48,683 nucleotides of DNA. It comes from an uncultured Collinsella sp. (GTDB lineage: Bacteria > Actinomycetota > Coriobacteriia > Coriobacteriales > Coriobacteriaceae). Below the pieces are notes generated by a model, which worked only from the letters and a program-made list of their open reading frames with translations, had not been told where the DNA came from and searched no databases. Made by a program: the position numbers and the translations under genes. How positions within the stretch are numbered: position 1 is the stretch's first letter; each line of letters begins with the position of its first letter. Positions 1 through 9,895 of this stretch are shown piece after piece. The DNA is taken from assembly GCA_900553705.1 (NCBI GenBank), contig USEK01000001.1:1-48683 (forward strand). The letters run 5' to 3'.

Positions 1-48
1 CGAGATTCCTCTACGTCTCGTGGGCTCGGAGATGTGTATAAGAGACAG
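1..48 (+). other. Illumina Nextera adapter read-through (assembly artefact)
   Basis: CGAGAT-[TCCTCTAC 8-nt index]-GTCTCGTGGGCTCGG-AGATGTGTATAAGAGACAG: P7 end, i7 index, Nextera read-2 primer and 19-bp Tn5 mosaic end. Confidence 0.98.
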
Positions 49-648
49 ACTATCGAGATGGCGGCGCACGCGGCCGAGGAGCTGGCCATTCCCTATACCG
101 TGGGCGGCGGCTTTCGCGACCTGGCGGGCATGCGCACCATGGTTGCCGCCGGTGCCGACAAGGTGTCGCTCAACTCGGCGGCTGTGCGCGATCCGTCGCT
201 GATCAGCCAGGCTGCCGCGGCGTTTGGCAGCCAAGCCGTGGTCGTGGCGATCGATGCCAAGCGCGTGGGGCTGCCCGGGGAGCCGGGCGCCGATAAGTGG
301 GAGGTCTTTACGGCGGGCGGCCGCAACGCTACGGGTATCGACGCAGTGGCGTGGGCCGAGGAGGCGGCTCGTCGTGGCGCCGGCGAAATCCTACTGACCA
401 GCATGGACCGCGACGGTACCAAGGCCGGCTTCGATCTGGCGCTTACTCGCGCCGTGGCCCGCGCGGTGCCGATTCCCGTTATCGCGAGCGGCGGCGTGGG
501 CACACTCGAGCATTTTGCCGAGGGTGTGATCGAGGGCGAGGCCGATGCCGTGCTGGCGGCGAGCGTCTTTCACTTTGGAATCTTCAGCATTCGCGAAGTC
601 AAAGAGTATATGGCTTCTCAAGGTATTCCTGTGAGGCTGGACTTCTAA
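49..648 (+). CDS. hisF: Imidazole glycerol phosphate synthase cyclase subunit HisF, 5'-truncated at contig edge
   Basis: [47 protein letters not shown] and AVLAASVFH motifs; the ORF-track start MYKRQ comes from the adapter. Confidence 0.95.
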   Translation, partial: TIEMAAHAAEELAIPYTVGGGFRDLAGMRTMVAAGADKVSLNSAAVRDPSLISQAAAAFGSQAVVVAIDAKRVGLPGEPGADKWEVFTAGGRNATGIDAVAWAEEAARRGAGEILLTSMDRDGTKAGFDLALTRAVARAVPIPVIASGGVGTLEHFAEGVIEGEADAVLAASVFHFGIFSIREVKEYMASQGIPVRLDF

Positions 649-657
649 TGCTGCGGC

Positions 658-750
658 TTGCCCAGGCACCCGACCTTCCGGCTCCAACCCTTCTCGCGTA
701 CTTAAGTACGCGTCGCTCCTCTTTCGCGGCAACCTGCGGCACCTGGACAA
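658..750 (-). repeat. Intergenic rod-like hairpin element with TTAA-centred palindrome
   Basis: Perfect 18-bp palindrome CGCGTACTTAAGTACGCG at 695-712; outer 13-bp stem pairs on the minus strand using G-U pairs. Confidence 0.55.
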
Positions 751-792
751 CCCTCGCCGACCTGTGGGGTTTACGGTAATTACTTGGGAGAA

Positions 793-1125
793 ATGATGAC
801 TGAGGTAATAGAAGCGTCTGATCTTAAATACGACGCCCGCGGGCTGATTCCCTGTGTGGTTCAGCAATATGACACCGGCGAGGTGCTTATGGTTGCTTGG
901 ATGAACGAGGAGTCGGTGGGGCTGACGCTCAAGACCGGGACCACGTGGTTTTGGAGCCGCAGCCGCCAGGAGCTCTGGAACAAGGGTGCGACGAGCGGCA
1001 ACATGCAGGAGGTCAAGGAGCTCTGGGCCGATTGCGATAGCGATACGCTACTGGTCAAGGTCGATTCTCCGGGTCCGGCCTGCCATACCGGCAACCGTAC
1101 CTGCTTCTTTAAGAAACTCGCGTAG
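793..1125 (+). CDS. hisI: Phosphoribosyl-AMP cyclohydrolase
   Basis: [33 protein letters not shown] and [11 protein letters not shown] motifs; GGAG SD before ATG 793. Confidence 0.96.
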   Translation: MMTEVIEASDLKYDARGLIPCVVQQYDTGEVLMVAWMNEESVGLTLKTGTTWFWSRSRQELWNKGATSGNMQEVKELWADCDSDTLLVKVDSPGPACHTGNRTCFFKKLA

Positions 1126-1171
1126 GGCGGGCGCTCGACCAAGCGCTTGGCCAGCCAGAAAGGATTGAACC

Positions 1172-1489
1172 ATGGGTGTGCGCACCGCAAATGTTCAGGA
1201 TGGAAATATCGGAGAGACGCTGACGGGGCTGGCCGAGGTGATTCATGGCCGTCGCGACGCGTCGCCGCAGGAGAGCTATACCGCGCGTCTGTTGACCGAC
1301 GTCGAGGACGAGCTGCTCAAGAAGCTTGCCGAGGAGGCGAGCGAGGTGATCATGGCCTGCAAGGATAACGACCACGATCACATTCGCTACGAGGCCGGCG
1401 ACCTGGTCTACCACCTGCTCGTGACGCTCGAGCGCTACGGCATCACCCTTGACGAGCTGGCCGGCGAACTCAACGCCCGCCGCCACTAG
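1172..1489 (+). CDS. hisE: Phosphoribosyl-ATP pyrophosphatase
   Basis: SYTARLL, KKLAEEASEV and EAGDLVYHLLV motifs; his operon context. Confidence 0.95.
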   Translation: MGVRTANVQDGNIGETLTGLAEVIHGRRDASPQESYTARLLTDVEDELLKKLAEEASEVIMACKDNDHDHIRYEAGDLVYHLLVTLERYGITLDELAGELNARRH

Positions 1490-1491
1490 TC
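1435..1491 (+). repeat. 57-bp direct repeat, copy 1 (3' end of hisE)
   Basis: 55/57 identical to 1831-1887. Confidence 0.95.
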
Positions 1492-1497
1492 ATTGGG

Positions 1498-1833
1498 TAG
1501 TCATTGGGGACGTTCTTAAACGACTGGTCGTTTGGGACAGTCTTTGCCGGCACTGCCAAATAACACGCCCGATTACTACGTTGAAAACGAACTTGCTGAC
1601 CACATGTCGGTTTTGAGCAAATTGTCAACGCTTCTACCTGCGGTTTTATTACCCGCATTAAGCCGATGGTCGGAGGTTTGCGGTTCATCGTAGTAAACGG
1701 GCGTTCTTTTTGGCGGGCAGTGTTGCACGGGCGTCGGTGGCGAGCGAAGCGATCCGTTTTCCTCCGTCCCCAAGGGGTCATTTGTGAAGAGTGTCCCCAA
1801 TGACTAGTCGTTTAAGAACGTCCCCAATGACTA
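1498..1833. mobile_element. Non-coding MITE/REPIN-like composite element with 47-bp terminal inverted repeats (family A)
   Basis: TIRs 1498-1544 and 1787-1833 match 43/47; nested imperfect inverted repeat about 1551-1603 vs 1687-1742; no convincing ORF. Confidence 0.75.
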
Positions 1834-1887
1834 CGGTATCACCCTCGACGAGCTGGCCGGCGAACTCAACGCCCGCCGCCACTAGTC
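1831..1887 (+). repeat. 57-bp direct repeat, copy 2 (duplicate of hisE 3' end incl. TAG)
   Basis: ctacggTatcaccctCgacgagctggccggcgaactcaacgcccgccgccactagtc; abuts the stop of the convergent PHP gene at 1888. Confidence 0.95.
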
Positions 1888-2799
1888 TTAGTCGAGGGGT
1901 GTGGATTCCCATTCGCCGGTGGGGTGGGGGATATCGTAGGTTCGGTAGCCGCAGTCGTAGGCGCGGGCTTGTGCCTCGCGGATATTCCAGCAGATGTCGC
2001 AGGCGCGGTGCGCGTCCGAGCCAAAGGTGATGGGTACTTCGGCGTGGGCGAAGCAACGCAACAGCCCCGTCGAGGGGTAATAGTCGTCGAGGCCCTTGCG
2101 CGGTGCGGCGGTCGAGACCTCAATGCGGCGGCCCGTATCGTGGGCGCATTCGGCCATCTGCTGCCAAAACGGTGCGGGGTCAAAGTCGGGCGCAAAGCCT
2201 TCCTTCGAAAAGCGCATGACCAGGTCGGGGTGAGCCATCACATCAAAGTTGAGCGGGCTCTCGCAGGCGCGGCACCAGTCGTCGACGTAGCGCTCCCACA
2301 CGCCGCGTACCCCCAGGTTTTCCCAAACGTGCAGGTTGGTGTCGTCGTCGATCCAACCGCAAAGGGAATCGGGTGTATCGGGGCGAGCGACGTTTTCCGT
2401 TCCCGCCGTACCCGCGGCACCGGCCATGATATCGCCTGGGTTGCCAATCCAATGCACACTGCCCAGGCGTACGACGGCGCCCTGGGACCAGCGCTCAACC
2501 AAAGGCTCGCAGCCCTCGTACCAATCGCATTCAAAGCCATAGATAAGCTCGAGCTCCGGCGCAATCTGCGCGGCGAGTTTGCGGGCGTCCTCAAAGGCCA
2601 GACGATGTGCCGGCAGGTCGCCCTCGACAACCTGCACTTCGCAGTTGGCGTCCATGCTGGCGGGCAGGGCGAGATGGTCGGTCGAGACCATGACGCGGCA
2701 ACCGGCCGCAGCAGCGGCGCGAACGTTGTCCTCAAACGAGGCATGTCCGTCCGAAAACGAGGTGTGGGTATGGCAATCGACCATCGGGCAAGCAGACAT
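1888..2799 (-). CDS. PHP-family histidinol-phosphatase (HisJ/HisK type)
   Basis: DCHTHTSFSDGH, STDH, GFECDW, LGSVH, AHPDL and FGSDAH motifs; next to his genes. Confidence 0.85.
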   Translation of the reverse strand: MSACPMVDCHTHTSFSDGHASFEDNVRAAAAAGCRVMVSTDHLALPASMDANCEVQVVEGDLPAHRLAFEDARKLAAQIAPELELIYGFECDWYEGCEPLVERWSQGAVVRLGSVHWIGNPGDIMAGAAGTAGTENVARPDTPDSLCGWIDDDTNLHVWENLGVRGVWERYVDDWCRACESPLNFDVMAHPDLVMRFSKEGFAPDFDPAPFWQQMAECAHDTGRRIEVSTAAPRKGLDDYYPSTGLLRCFAHAEVPITFGSDAHRACDICWNIREAQARAYDCGYRTYDIPHPTGEWESTPLD

Positions 2800-2925
2800 G
2801 GCAGCTCCCTTGCGTCAAGCGAATCCGCTCCATTGTAATGGCGCAGCTTTCAACACGCCGGGCACGCCAGGGGTCGAAATCGATTGGAAAGGCTGTGCGG
2901 CGCGCGGTGCGGCCTCGCTTGCGCT

Positions 2926-2997
2926 CTCAAAACATGTACATCAGCCTCAAAAAGCTGCAAAAAATGACATGTTTGGAGGCTGACGTACACGTTTGAG
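2926..2997. repeat. Imperfect palindromic element, 23-bp arms
   Basis: aaacatgtacatcagcctcaaaa vs reverse complement of tttggaggctgacgtacacgttt, 20/23. Confidence 0.6.
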
Positions 2998-3139
2998 TGG
3001 AGCGGGCCGGCGTTGGAGCGCGCCAGCACTTGCGCCCAGCAAAAGTCGCATCTATCCCATGACGCCGCCTCTGCGCCGCCCGCGATGTGCTAGCGTTTGG
3101 ATGAACAAAACGAGCCCGCGCGGAAAGGATCCGGACCGT

Positions 3140-3625
3140 ATGCAATGCGATAGCACATCCCCGCTGTCCCGCGAGACCGATGCGCCCGAGACCATCGTCA
3201 AGCTGGAATGCGACATCGACGACGCGTCGCCCGAGGTGCTCGCCTACGCTGCCGACCGCCTGCGCGAGGCGGGTGCGCGCGAGGTGCATTGGCTGCCCCT
3301 CTATTGCAAGAAAGGCCGTCCCAGTTGGCAGCTACAGGTAATCTGTGCTCACGAGGATATCGAGCGCCTGCAGACGATTATCTTTTTGGAAACCACGACC
3401 AACGGCATTCGTCGCCAGGTCATGGAGCGCGTTTGCCTGCCACGCCGCTTTGAGCGCGTAACGACGCTATGGGGCGAGGTGTCCGTCAAGGTGGCAACCC
3501 TGCCCGACGGCAGCGAGCGTGCAGCGCCCGAGTACGAGGACTGCGCCCGTCTCGCCCGCGAGCACAATGTGCCGCTCCAGCGCGTGATGCAGGCGGCACA
3601 AGCCGTGGCACTGCGATTTGAATAA
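3140..3625 (+). CDS. LarC C-terminal-domain protein (LarC2-like, nickel pincer cofactor maturation)
   Basis: LECDIDDASPE, KKGRP, ETTTNGIR, GEVSVK and PEYEDC motifs of the DUF111/LarC C-terminal half; AAAGGA SD upstream of ATG 3140. Confidence 0.8.
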   Translation: MQCDSTSPLSRETDAPETIVKLECDIDDASPEVLAYAADRLREAGAREVHWLPLYCKKGRPSWQLQVICAHEDIERLQTIIFLETTTNGIRRQVMERVCLPRRFERVTTLWGEVSVKVATLPDGSERAAPEYEDCARLAREHNVPLQRVMQAAQAVALRFE

Positions 3626-3685
3626 CGCGGCTGGTGGCGACATCCTGCGCCCAGCCATATCAACCCCATTCGAAAGGATCTCCCC

Positions 3686-4234
3686 ATGAAATACCTCATC
3701 GCTTCCGACATCCACGGCTCGGCATATTGGGCCGAACGCCTTTGCGCCGCCATCGAGTCCGAGCAGCCCGATCGCATTGTGCTGCTGGGCGACCTGCTCT
3801 ACCACGGTCCGCGCAACGACCTGCCGCGCGATTACGCCCCCAAGCGCGTGATCCCGCTGCTCAACGCCCTGGCCGACCGCATCATCGCGGTACGCGGCAA
3901 CTGCGATGCCGAGGTCGACCAGATGGTCCTCGACTTTCCCGTCATGGCCGACTACGCCACGCTGTTCGACGAGACCGGCCGCGAGCTGTTCCTGACGCAC
4001 GGCCATGTCTTTGGCGCCGGCATGCACAACAGCGTCGACCACGCGCCCGCGCTGCCCGAGGGCTCCGCGCTCGTCTACGGCCATACGCACATCAAGGTCA
4101 ACGAGGAAAGCGCTGCACACCCGGGCCTGTGGCTCTTCAACCCCGGCAGCGTGAGCATCCCCAAGGACGGCACGCACAGCTACGGCATCTACGAGGGCGG
4201 AGCGTTCCGCCACGTGATCCTGGAGGAGGACTAA
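3686..4234 (+). CDS. yfcE: YfcE/MJ0936-family metallophosphodiesterase
   Basis: SDIHG, GDLLYHGPRN, VRGNCDAEVDQ, GHTH and NPGS motifs. Confidence 0.88.
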   Translation: MKYLIASDIHGSAYWAERLCAAIESEQPDRIVLLGDLLYHGPRNDLPRDYAPKRVIPLLNALADRIIAVRGNCDAEVDQMVLDFPVMADYATLFDETGRELFLTHGHVFGAGMHNSVDHAPALPEGSALVYGHTHIKVNEESAAHPGLWLFNPGSVSIPKDGTHSYGIYEGGAFRHVILEED

Positions 4235-4236
4235 CC

Positions 4237-5097
4237 ATGGCGCAGCACATGGCTCAGCAAAATGCCGAGGGCTCGCGCGATTTGTCCACGCTGGTCGACG
4301 CGTCGGCCGAGCTACAACATCTGGTGCAGACCGTCTGGCGCTTGCGTCAGCCCGACGGCTGCCCGTGGGACCGCGAGCAGACGCACCGCAGCATTGGCAA
4401 GAACATGATCGAGGAGGCCTACGAGGCGCTCGACTGCATCGAGGCGGACGACGCGGTTCACCTGCGCGAGGAGCTGGGCGACGTGCTCATGCAGGTCGTG
4501 CTGCATGCGCAGATTGCGGCGGACGCCGGTGAGTTTACGCTGGCCGATGTGGCACGCGATATCGACGCCAAGCTCATCCGTCGCCACCCGCACGTGTTTG
4601 GCGATGCGGATGCCGACAGCTCTGACGAGGTGCTCAAGATTTGGGACGAGGTCAAGCTTGCCGAGAAGGCCGCCAAGGACAAGGCCGTGGCGGCAGGCGA
4701 GGCCGCGCCCGAGGGACTGCTCGACGGCGTGCCCACGCACCTGCCGGCGCTGATGCAAGCGCAAAAGGTCTCGCGCAAGGCGGCGGCCGTGGGCTTTGAG
4801 TGGGAGACGGTCCAGGATGTGTGGGACGAGGTTGCCGAGGAGCGTGCCGAGTTTGAGGCCGAGGCTCCCGGAACGCCCGAGCGCGAGACGGAGTTTGGTG
4901 ACCTACTCTTTGCCCTTGTCAACGTTGCGCGCAAAGAGGGGATTGACGCCGAGAGCGCCCTGCGTGCCAGCACGGCCAAGTTCCGTCGCCGTTGGGCTGC
5001 AATGGAGCAGATGGCGGCCGATGCCCATGTTGATCTTGCCGAGCTTTCGACCCACGGCCTCAACGACCTGTGGGATGCCGCAAAGGCGGAGGAGTAA
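4237..5097 (+). CDS. mazG: Nucleoside triphosphate pyrophosphohydrolase MazG
   Basis: GCPWDREQTH, IEEAYE, EELGDVL, KLIRRHPHVF and second-domain EFGDLLF; GGAGGA SD. Confidence 0.93.
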   Translation: MAQHMAQQNAEGSRDLSTLVDASAELQHLVQTVWRLRQPDGCPWDREQTHRSIGKNMIEEAYEALDCIEADDAVHLREELGDVLMQVVLHAQIAADAGEFTLADVARDIDAKLIRRHPHVFGDADADSSDEVLKIWDEVKLAEKAAKDKAVAAGEAAPEGLLDGVPTHLPALMQAQKVSRKAAAVGFEWETVQDVWDEVAEERAEFEAEAPGTPERETEFGDLLFALVNVARKEGIDAESALRASTAKFRRRWAAMEQMAADAHVDLAELSTHGLNDLWDAAKAEE

Positions 5098-5274
5098 GAC
5101 TGCGGGAACGACGGGCTGACACGCCTCATCGTTCCCGCTAAATTTTTCGAAAATCAAGTGTATCCATCGGCTAACTTAGGGCATAATGCAAAAAGTGCGA
5201 CATGGCTAACTTACGGAGGCGCACCGACGGTGCACGGTCAGCCGGTCGCTTGCATCCACTACGTTTCCAAGTGA

Positions 5275-6576
<1,302 letters not shown>

Positions 6577-6647
6577 ACAAGTGGTACTCGCGGGGCGGGG
6601 TTGACTCGGTTCCGCCCCGCCTTGGCTGGATGCCGCAAAGCACTATT

Positions 6648-6679
6648 GGCGCTGGGCCATATGGCTCAGCGCCTTTTTT
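6648..6679 (+). terminator. Intrinsic terminator after eno
   Basis: ggcgctgggccat/atggctcagcgcc hairpin followed by T6. Confidence 0.75.
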
Positions 6680-6770
6680 ATGTCGAGCAAAGGCTGGCGA
6701 AGGCGGTGCAGGCGCTCGTGCTATAACTAAAGGACTTAGCGCAAACAAACCTCAACCGCACAAGGCGCAC

Positions 6771-7532
6771 ATGGATCAGATTTACGACAACAGGTACTAT
6801 TCCGCCGGTTCGCGTGAGCCGTCGTCTCGTCGTGCGCGTACCGCGCAGCTTGGCGGGTCTGGTTACGGCGGCGTCGATCACCGCGCGCAGCGTCCGCCAA
6901 GTGCCTCACACCCCCATGCTCAAATGAATACGTCAACGGACCGCCCGCCACGTTCGGCGCGCCCGACGCATGCTCAGCGCCCCTCGGCTCAAACGCACGA
7001 AAAGTCGACCAGGCCCTCGAACCGTTTTTCGGGCTCGGACTTTATGCACTACGCCAACGACAACGCGGTGGTCAAGGCAATTTACGACTTTACCCACGGT
7101 CCTCAGCGAGGGCTATTCATCGGCATTGTCGTTGCCCTGGTGCTCGTGAGCCTGTATTTCCCCGTGCGCGATCTGTACGTGGCAAAGCGTTCGAGCGATA
7201 TCTTGGCCAAGCAGGTCGAGATTCGTCAGCAATACAATGATGAGCTGCAAAAAAGCGTCGACAAACTGCTCTCGGAGGAGGGCATTAAGGACGCGGCGTC
7301 CGAGGGCCTGGGCCTGGTAATGCCCGGCGAGACCAAAATTGACGTGCTGGGCTTGGATGACGATTCGGACTCGTCGTCGAGCAAGAAGTCGTCGAACGCC
7401 AAGAAGGCCAGCGAAGTTGCCAAGGAAATCGAAGAAGTCGGTAAGGATGCGCCGTGGTACATCCAGGCGCTCGACATGCTGTTTGGGTTTAACGGTGTCG
7501 AGGGCCAGACGGTCGTGTCCAACGGCAAATAG
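6771..7532 (+). CDS. FtsB/DivIC-family septum formation initiator
   Basis: Single TM, coiled coil and LGLVMPGE motif; conserved position after eno; start uncertain. Confidence 0.75.
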   Translation: MDQIYDNRYYSAGSREPSSRRARTAQLGGSGYGGVDHRAQRPPSASHPHAQMNTSTDRPPRSARPTHAQRPSAQTHEKSTRPSNRFSGSDFMHYANDNAVVKAIYDFTHGPQRGLFIGIVVALVLVSLYFPVRDLYVAKRSSDILAKQVEIRQQYNDELQKSVDKLLSEEGIKDAASEGLGLVMPGETKIDVLGLDDDSDSSSSKKSSNAKKASEVAKEIEEVGKDAPWYIQALDMLFGFNGVEGQTVVSNGK

Positions 7533-7552
7533 CGCCCGGAGGGGAGCCCGCA

Positions 7553-8554
7553 ATGACAAATTGCAAACGCTATAAGGTGGCGGCGATCGACCTGGGAACG
7601 GTGTCGTCGCGACTGGTGTTGGCCCAGGTCGAGGGCGGGGCGATCATGGAATCGTCCAAGCATACCGAGATTACCGACTTGGGCGAGGGCGTGGACGCGA
7701 CGGGGCGCTTTTGCGAGGCGGCCGTTGAGCGCGTGCTTGCTGCGTGCCGCATGTTTGTGGACGAAGCCCGTGCCTTTGGGGCCGCGTGCATCTGCACCAC
7801 GTGCACGAGCGCCGCGCGCGATGCATCCAACGCCGTGCTGCTGCTGGACGGCCTGCGCGAGCTGGGGCTCGAACCGCAGGTGATTCCGGGCGAGGTCGAG
7901 GCGCGCCTGACGTTTTTTGGCGTGGCACACGACTTTGCTGGCGAGTGCATCATCGTCGCCGATTCGGGCGGCGGCTCCACGGAGCTCGCGACGGGCGTCT
8001 ATGCGCCTGAGCGCGGGGTCTTTGCGCTGGAGGGAACGCGCTCACTGGACATCGGTTGCCGTCGCGTGACGGAGCGCTTCTTCTCCGCGTTGCCGCCCAC
8101 GGACGGCGAGCTTGCGGCTGCCGCCGCGTGGGCGGGCGAGCAGTTCTCCGCCTATTTTGAGGGCCTGCCCAGCGACTTTGCGCGCGCCGAGCGCCTCGTT
8201 GCGGTGGGCGGTACCGTCACCACGCTCGTGGCGCTGGTCCACGAATTGGAGCCGTACGACTCGAACTTTGTGCACCTGCGCGAGCTTTCGCTGGAGCAGA
8301 TCTCGGCCGCCATCGATCGTATGTCTACGCTGGGTGTGGAGGGTATCGCTGCGCTGCCGGGCGTGCAGCCCAAGCGCGCGAGCGTGATTCTGGCTGGCGC
8401 CGTGGTGATCCGCGAGCTCATGCGAGCCGGCGGCTACAAGACGCTCACCGTAAGCGAGAACAGCCTACTCGCTGGCATGGCCGCCACCATCAACGAGGTT
8501 CTCGACGGCGTGACTCCCACCATCGCCTGGACCCCCACTCTCAGCACCCTCTAA
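7553..8554 (+). CDS. Ppx/GppA family exopolyphosphatase
   Basis: AAIDLGT, TSAARDASN, EARLTF, DSGGGSTE and GGTVTT motifs. Confidence 0.9.
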   Translation: MTNCKRYKVAAIDLGTVSSRLVLAQVEGGAIMESSKHTEITDLGEGVDATGRFCEAAVERVLAACRMFVDEARAFGAACICTTCTSAARDASNAVLLLDGLRELGLEPQVIPGEVEARLTFFGVAHDFAGECIIVADSGGGSTELATGVYAPERGVFALEGTRSLDIGCRRVTERFFSALPPTDGELAAAAAWAGEQFSAYFEGLPSDFARAERLVAVGGTVTTLVALVHELEPYDSNFVHLRELSLEQISAAIDRMSTLGVEGIAALPGVQPKRASVILAGAVVIRELMRAGGYKTLTVSENSLLAGMAATINEVLDGVTPTIAWTPTLSTL

Positions 8555-8555
8555 A

Positions 8556-8626
8556 TAAGTTGCGGTGAAATACGGACTAAAATCGCCCTTTCGGGCACCA
8601 AACAGTCCCTATTCCACCGCAACTTA
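8556..8626. repeat. ~70-bp palindromic repeat, family E copy 1
   Basis: Arms taagttgcggtgaaatacggact / agtccctattccaccgcaactta; related copies at 46317 and 48608. Confidence 0.9.
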
Positions 8627-8693
8627 GAGCCCCACCGGCGTCCAAAAGAGACGAGCCCGCATCCCTTGGGGACACGGGCTCGAAAGCTCCATA

Positions 8694-8778
8694 TGGTAGG
8701 GGCGGTGGGACTCGAACCCACAATCCTTGCGGCGAGAGATTTTAAGTCTCCTGCGTATGCCAATTCCGCCACGCCCCC
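8694..8778 (-). tRNA. tRNA-Leu(TAA)
   Basis: 85 nt; acceptor GGGGGCG/CGCCCCT, anticodon loop CTTAAAA, long variable arm, GGTTCGAGTCC T-arm, encoded CCA. Confidence 0.96.
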
Positions 8779-8809
8779 GTGAGACTAGAAGTCTAGCACA
8801 AGCCGTCCG

Positions 8810-9433
8810 TTACGCGTTGACGGCCATCGAGTGTTGGCCCGACTTCTCCAGGAACTCTTGGAACTTTGCCTCGTCGCCCTTGTTTTGATACTGCAGGGCC
8901 AGCAGGTACTCCAGTCGGCAGCGCTTGACCGGGTCGTCGCCGACATCCTCGAGCATGCGCTCCAGCTCGGGAATGTCGTTGTGGCGCTTGAGGATCATCG
9001 TGTCGTACATCAGCTGGCATTCGTGTGCGACTGCCTCGGCCTGACCGCCCTCAAAGCCCTTGATCTCGTGCAGCAACTCCTTGGCCTTTTTGCGGTCCTC
9101 CTGGCCAACGTAGTAGTTAAAAGCTTTGATTACCAGGTCGACGCGCTGCATCTTGGGCAGGTTGAGTCCCAGTAGCAGGTCGAACATCTCGTCGGCGCGC
9201 TTATGGTCCTCGCGCAGCAGATAGGAGTTCAGGCGCAGGTAGTCGCGGTTGTAGCGCGGGTACAGCATGCTGGTGAGTTTGCCGTCGAGCAAACGATCGA
9301 ACTCGTCCCACTGCTTGGCGGCCATCAATTGCTGCAGGCGTTTAAACGTGGTGCGTTTTTTGACGCTAAAGAACACCGACACGGCGATGCAGATGATAAC
9401 GACGGCGGTCCAGAGTGTGCGGGAATCGGGCAT
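8810..9433 (-). CDS. Hypothetical membrane-anchored helical (TPR-like) protein
   Basis: N-terminal TM then amphipathic helices; codon bias typical of a real gene. Confidence 0.7.
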   Translation of the reverse strand: MPDSRTLWTAVVIICIAVSVFFSVKKRTTFKRLQQLMAAKQWDEFDRLLDGKLTSMLYPRYNRDYLRLNSYLLREDHKRADEMFDLLLGLNLPKMQRVDLVIKAFNYYVGQEDRKKAKELLHEIKGFEGGQAEAVAHECQLMYDTMILKRHNDIPELERMLEDVGDDPVKRCRLEYLLALQYQNKGDEAKFQEFLEKSGQHSMAVNA

Positions 9434-9596
9434 ATTAGGGTCCTTAGTCGCTCATAAAGCGAGCGGTATGACAACACGTACTAGATGTATTATACGCAGC
9501 GCGCAAGCAAACTGGCATAAAAGCTCATCGAGGCCGAGTGCCATCGCTCGCTGCGGTACACTTACCTAAAGTAAACCATGAAGGGAGACATTACCT

Positions 9597-9884
9597 ATGA
9601 AGAAGATCGTTTTGGCTTGCGGTGCTGGCGCTGCTACTTCCACGCTCGTTGCCCAGAAGGTCGCTACTCTGCTCGACGCCAACGGTTATGCCGACAAGTA
9701 CGAGATCGTGCAGTGCGCCATCTCCGAGGCCAAGGATTACTGCGACGAGGGCGCTGACCTGCTGATCGCCACCACCGTTGCCCCCGAGGGCCTCACCTGC
9801 CCGTACGTGAGTGGCGTGCCCTTCATGACCGGCATGAACCGCGTTGCCGCCGAGAAGGCCGTTCTCGACGTCATGGCTCAGTAG
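9597..9884 (+). CDS. PTS EIIB component, galactitol/ascorbate type
   Basis: KKIVLACGAGAATST phosphorylation loop; 95 aa; AGGGAG SD. Confidence 0.88.
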   Translation: MKKIVLACGAGAATSTLVAQKVATLLDANGYADKYEIVQCAISEAKDYCDEGADLLIATTVAPEGLTCPYVSGVPFMTGMNRVAAEKAVLDVMAQ

Positions 9885-9895
9885 GCGCTGACTGC

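Noticed and set aside
30..48. Tn5/IS50 end of a real transposon
   Set aside because: It is the synthetic mosaic end, embedded in index and primer sequence.
1787..1833. 27-bp tandem unit as a mini CRISPR array
   Set aside because: Units are contiguous with no spacers, under two copies per site, and no cas genes are present.
1435..1887. Duplicated gene 3' end as a DGR template/variable repeat pair
   Set aside because: Only two differences, in opposite directions rather than adenine-specific, and no reverse transcriptase in the window.
2993..3139. larC1 joined to larC2 by programmed frameshift
   Set aside because: The upstream space is too short and shows no LarC1 or His-rich sequence.
3634..4236. 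N-terminal extension of MazG (487-aa ORF)
   Set aside because: It overlaps yfcE in another frame; the real start with SD is at 4237.
8694..8778. tRNA-Leu as the integration site of an island
   Set aside because: No duplicated tRNA 3' end and no integrase seen; flanking genes look native.
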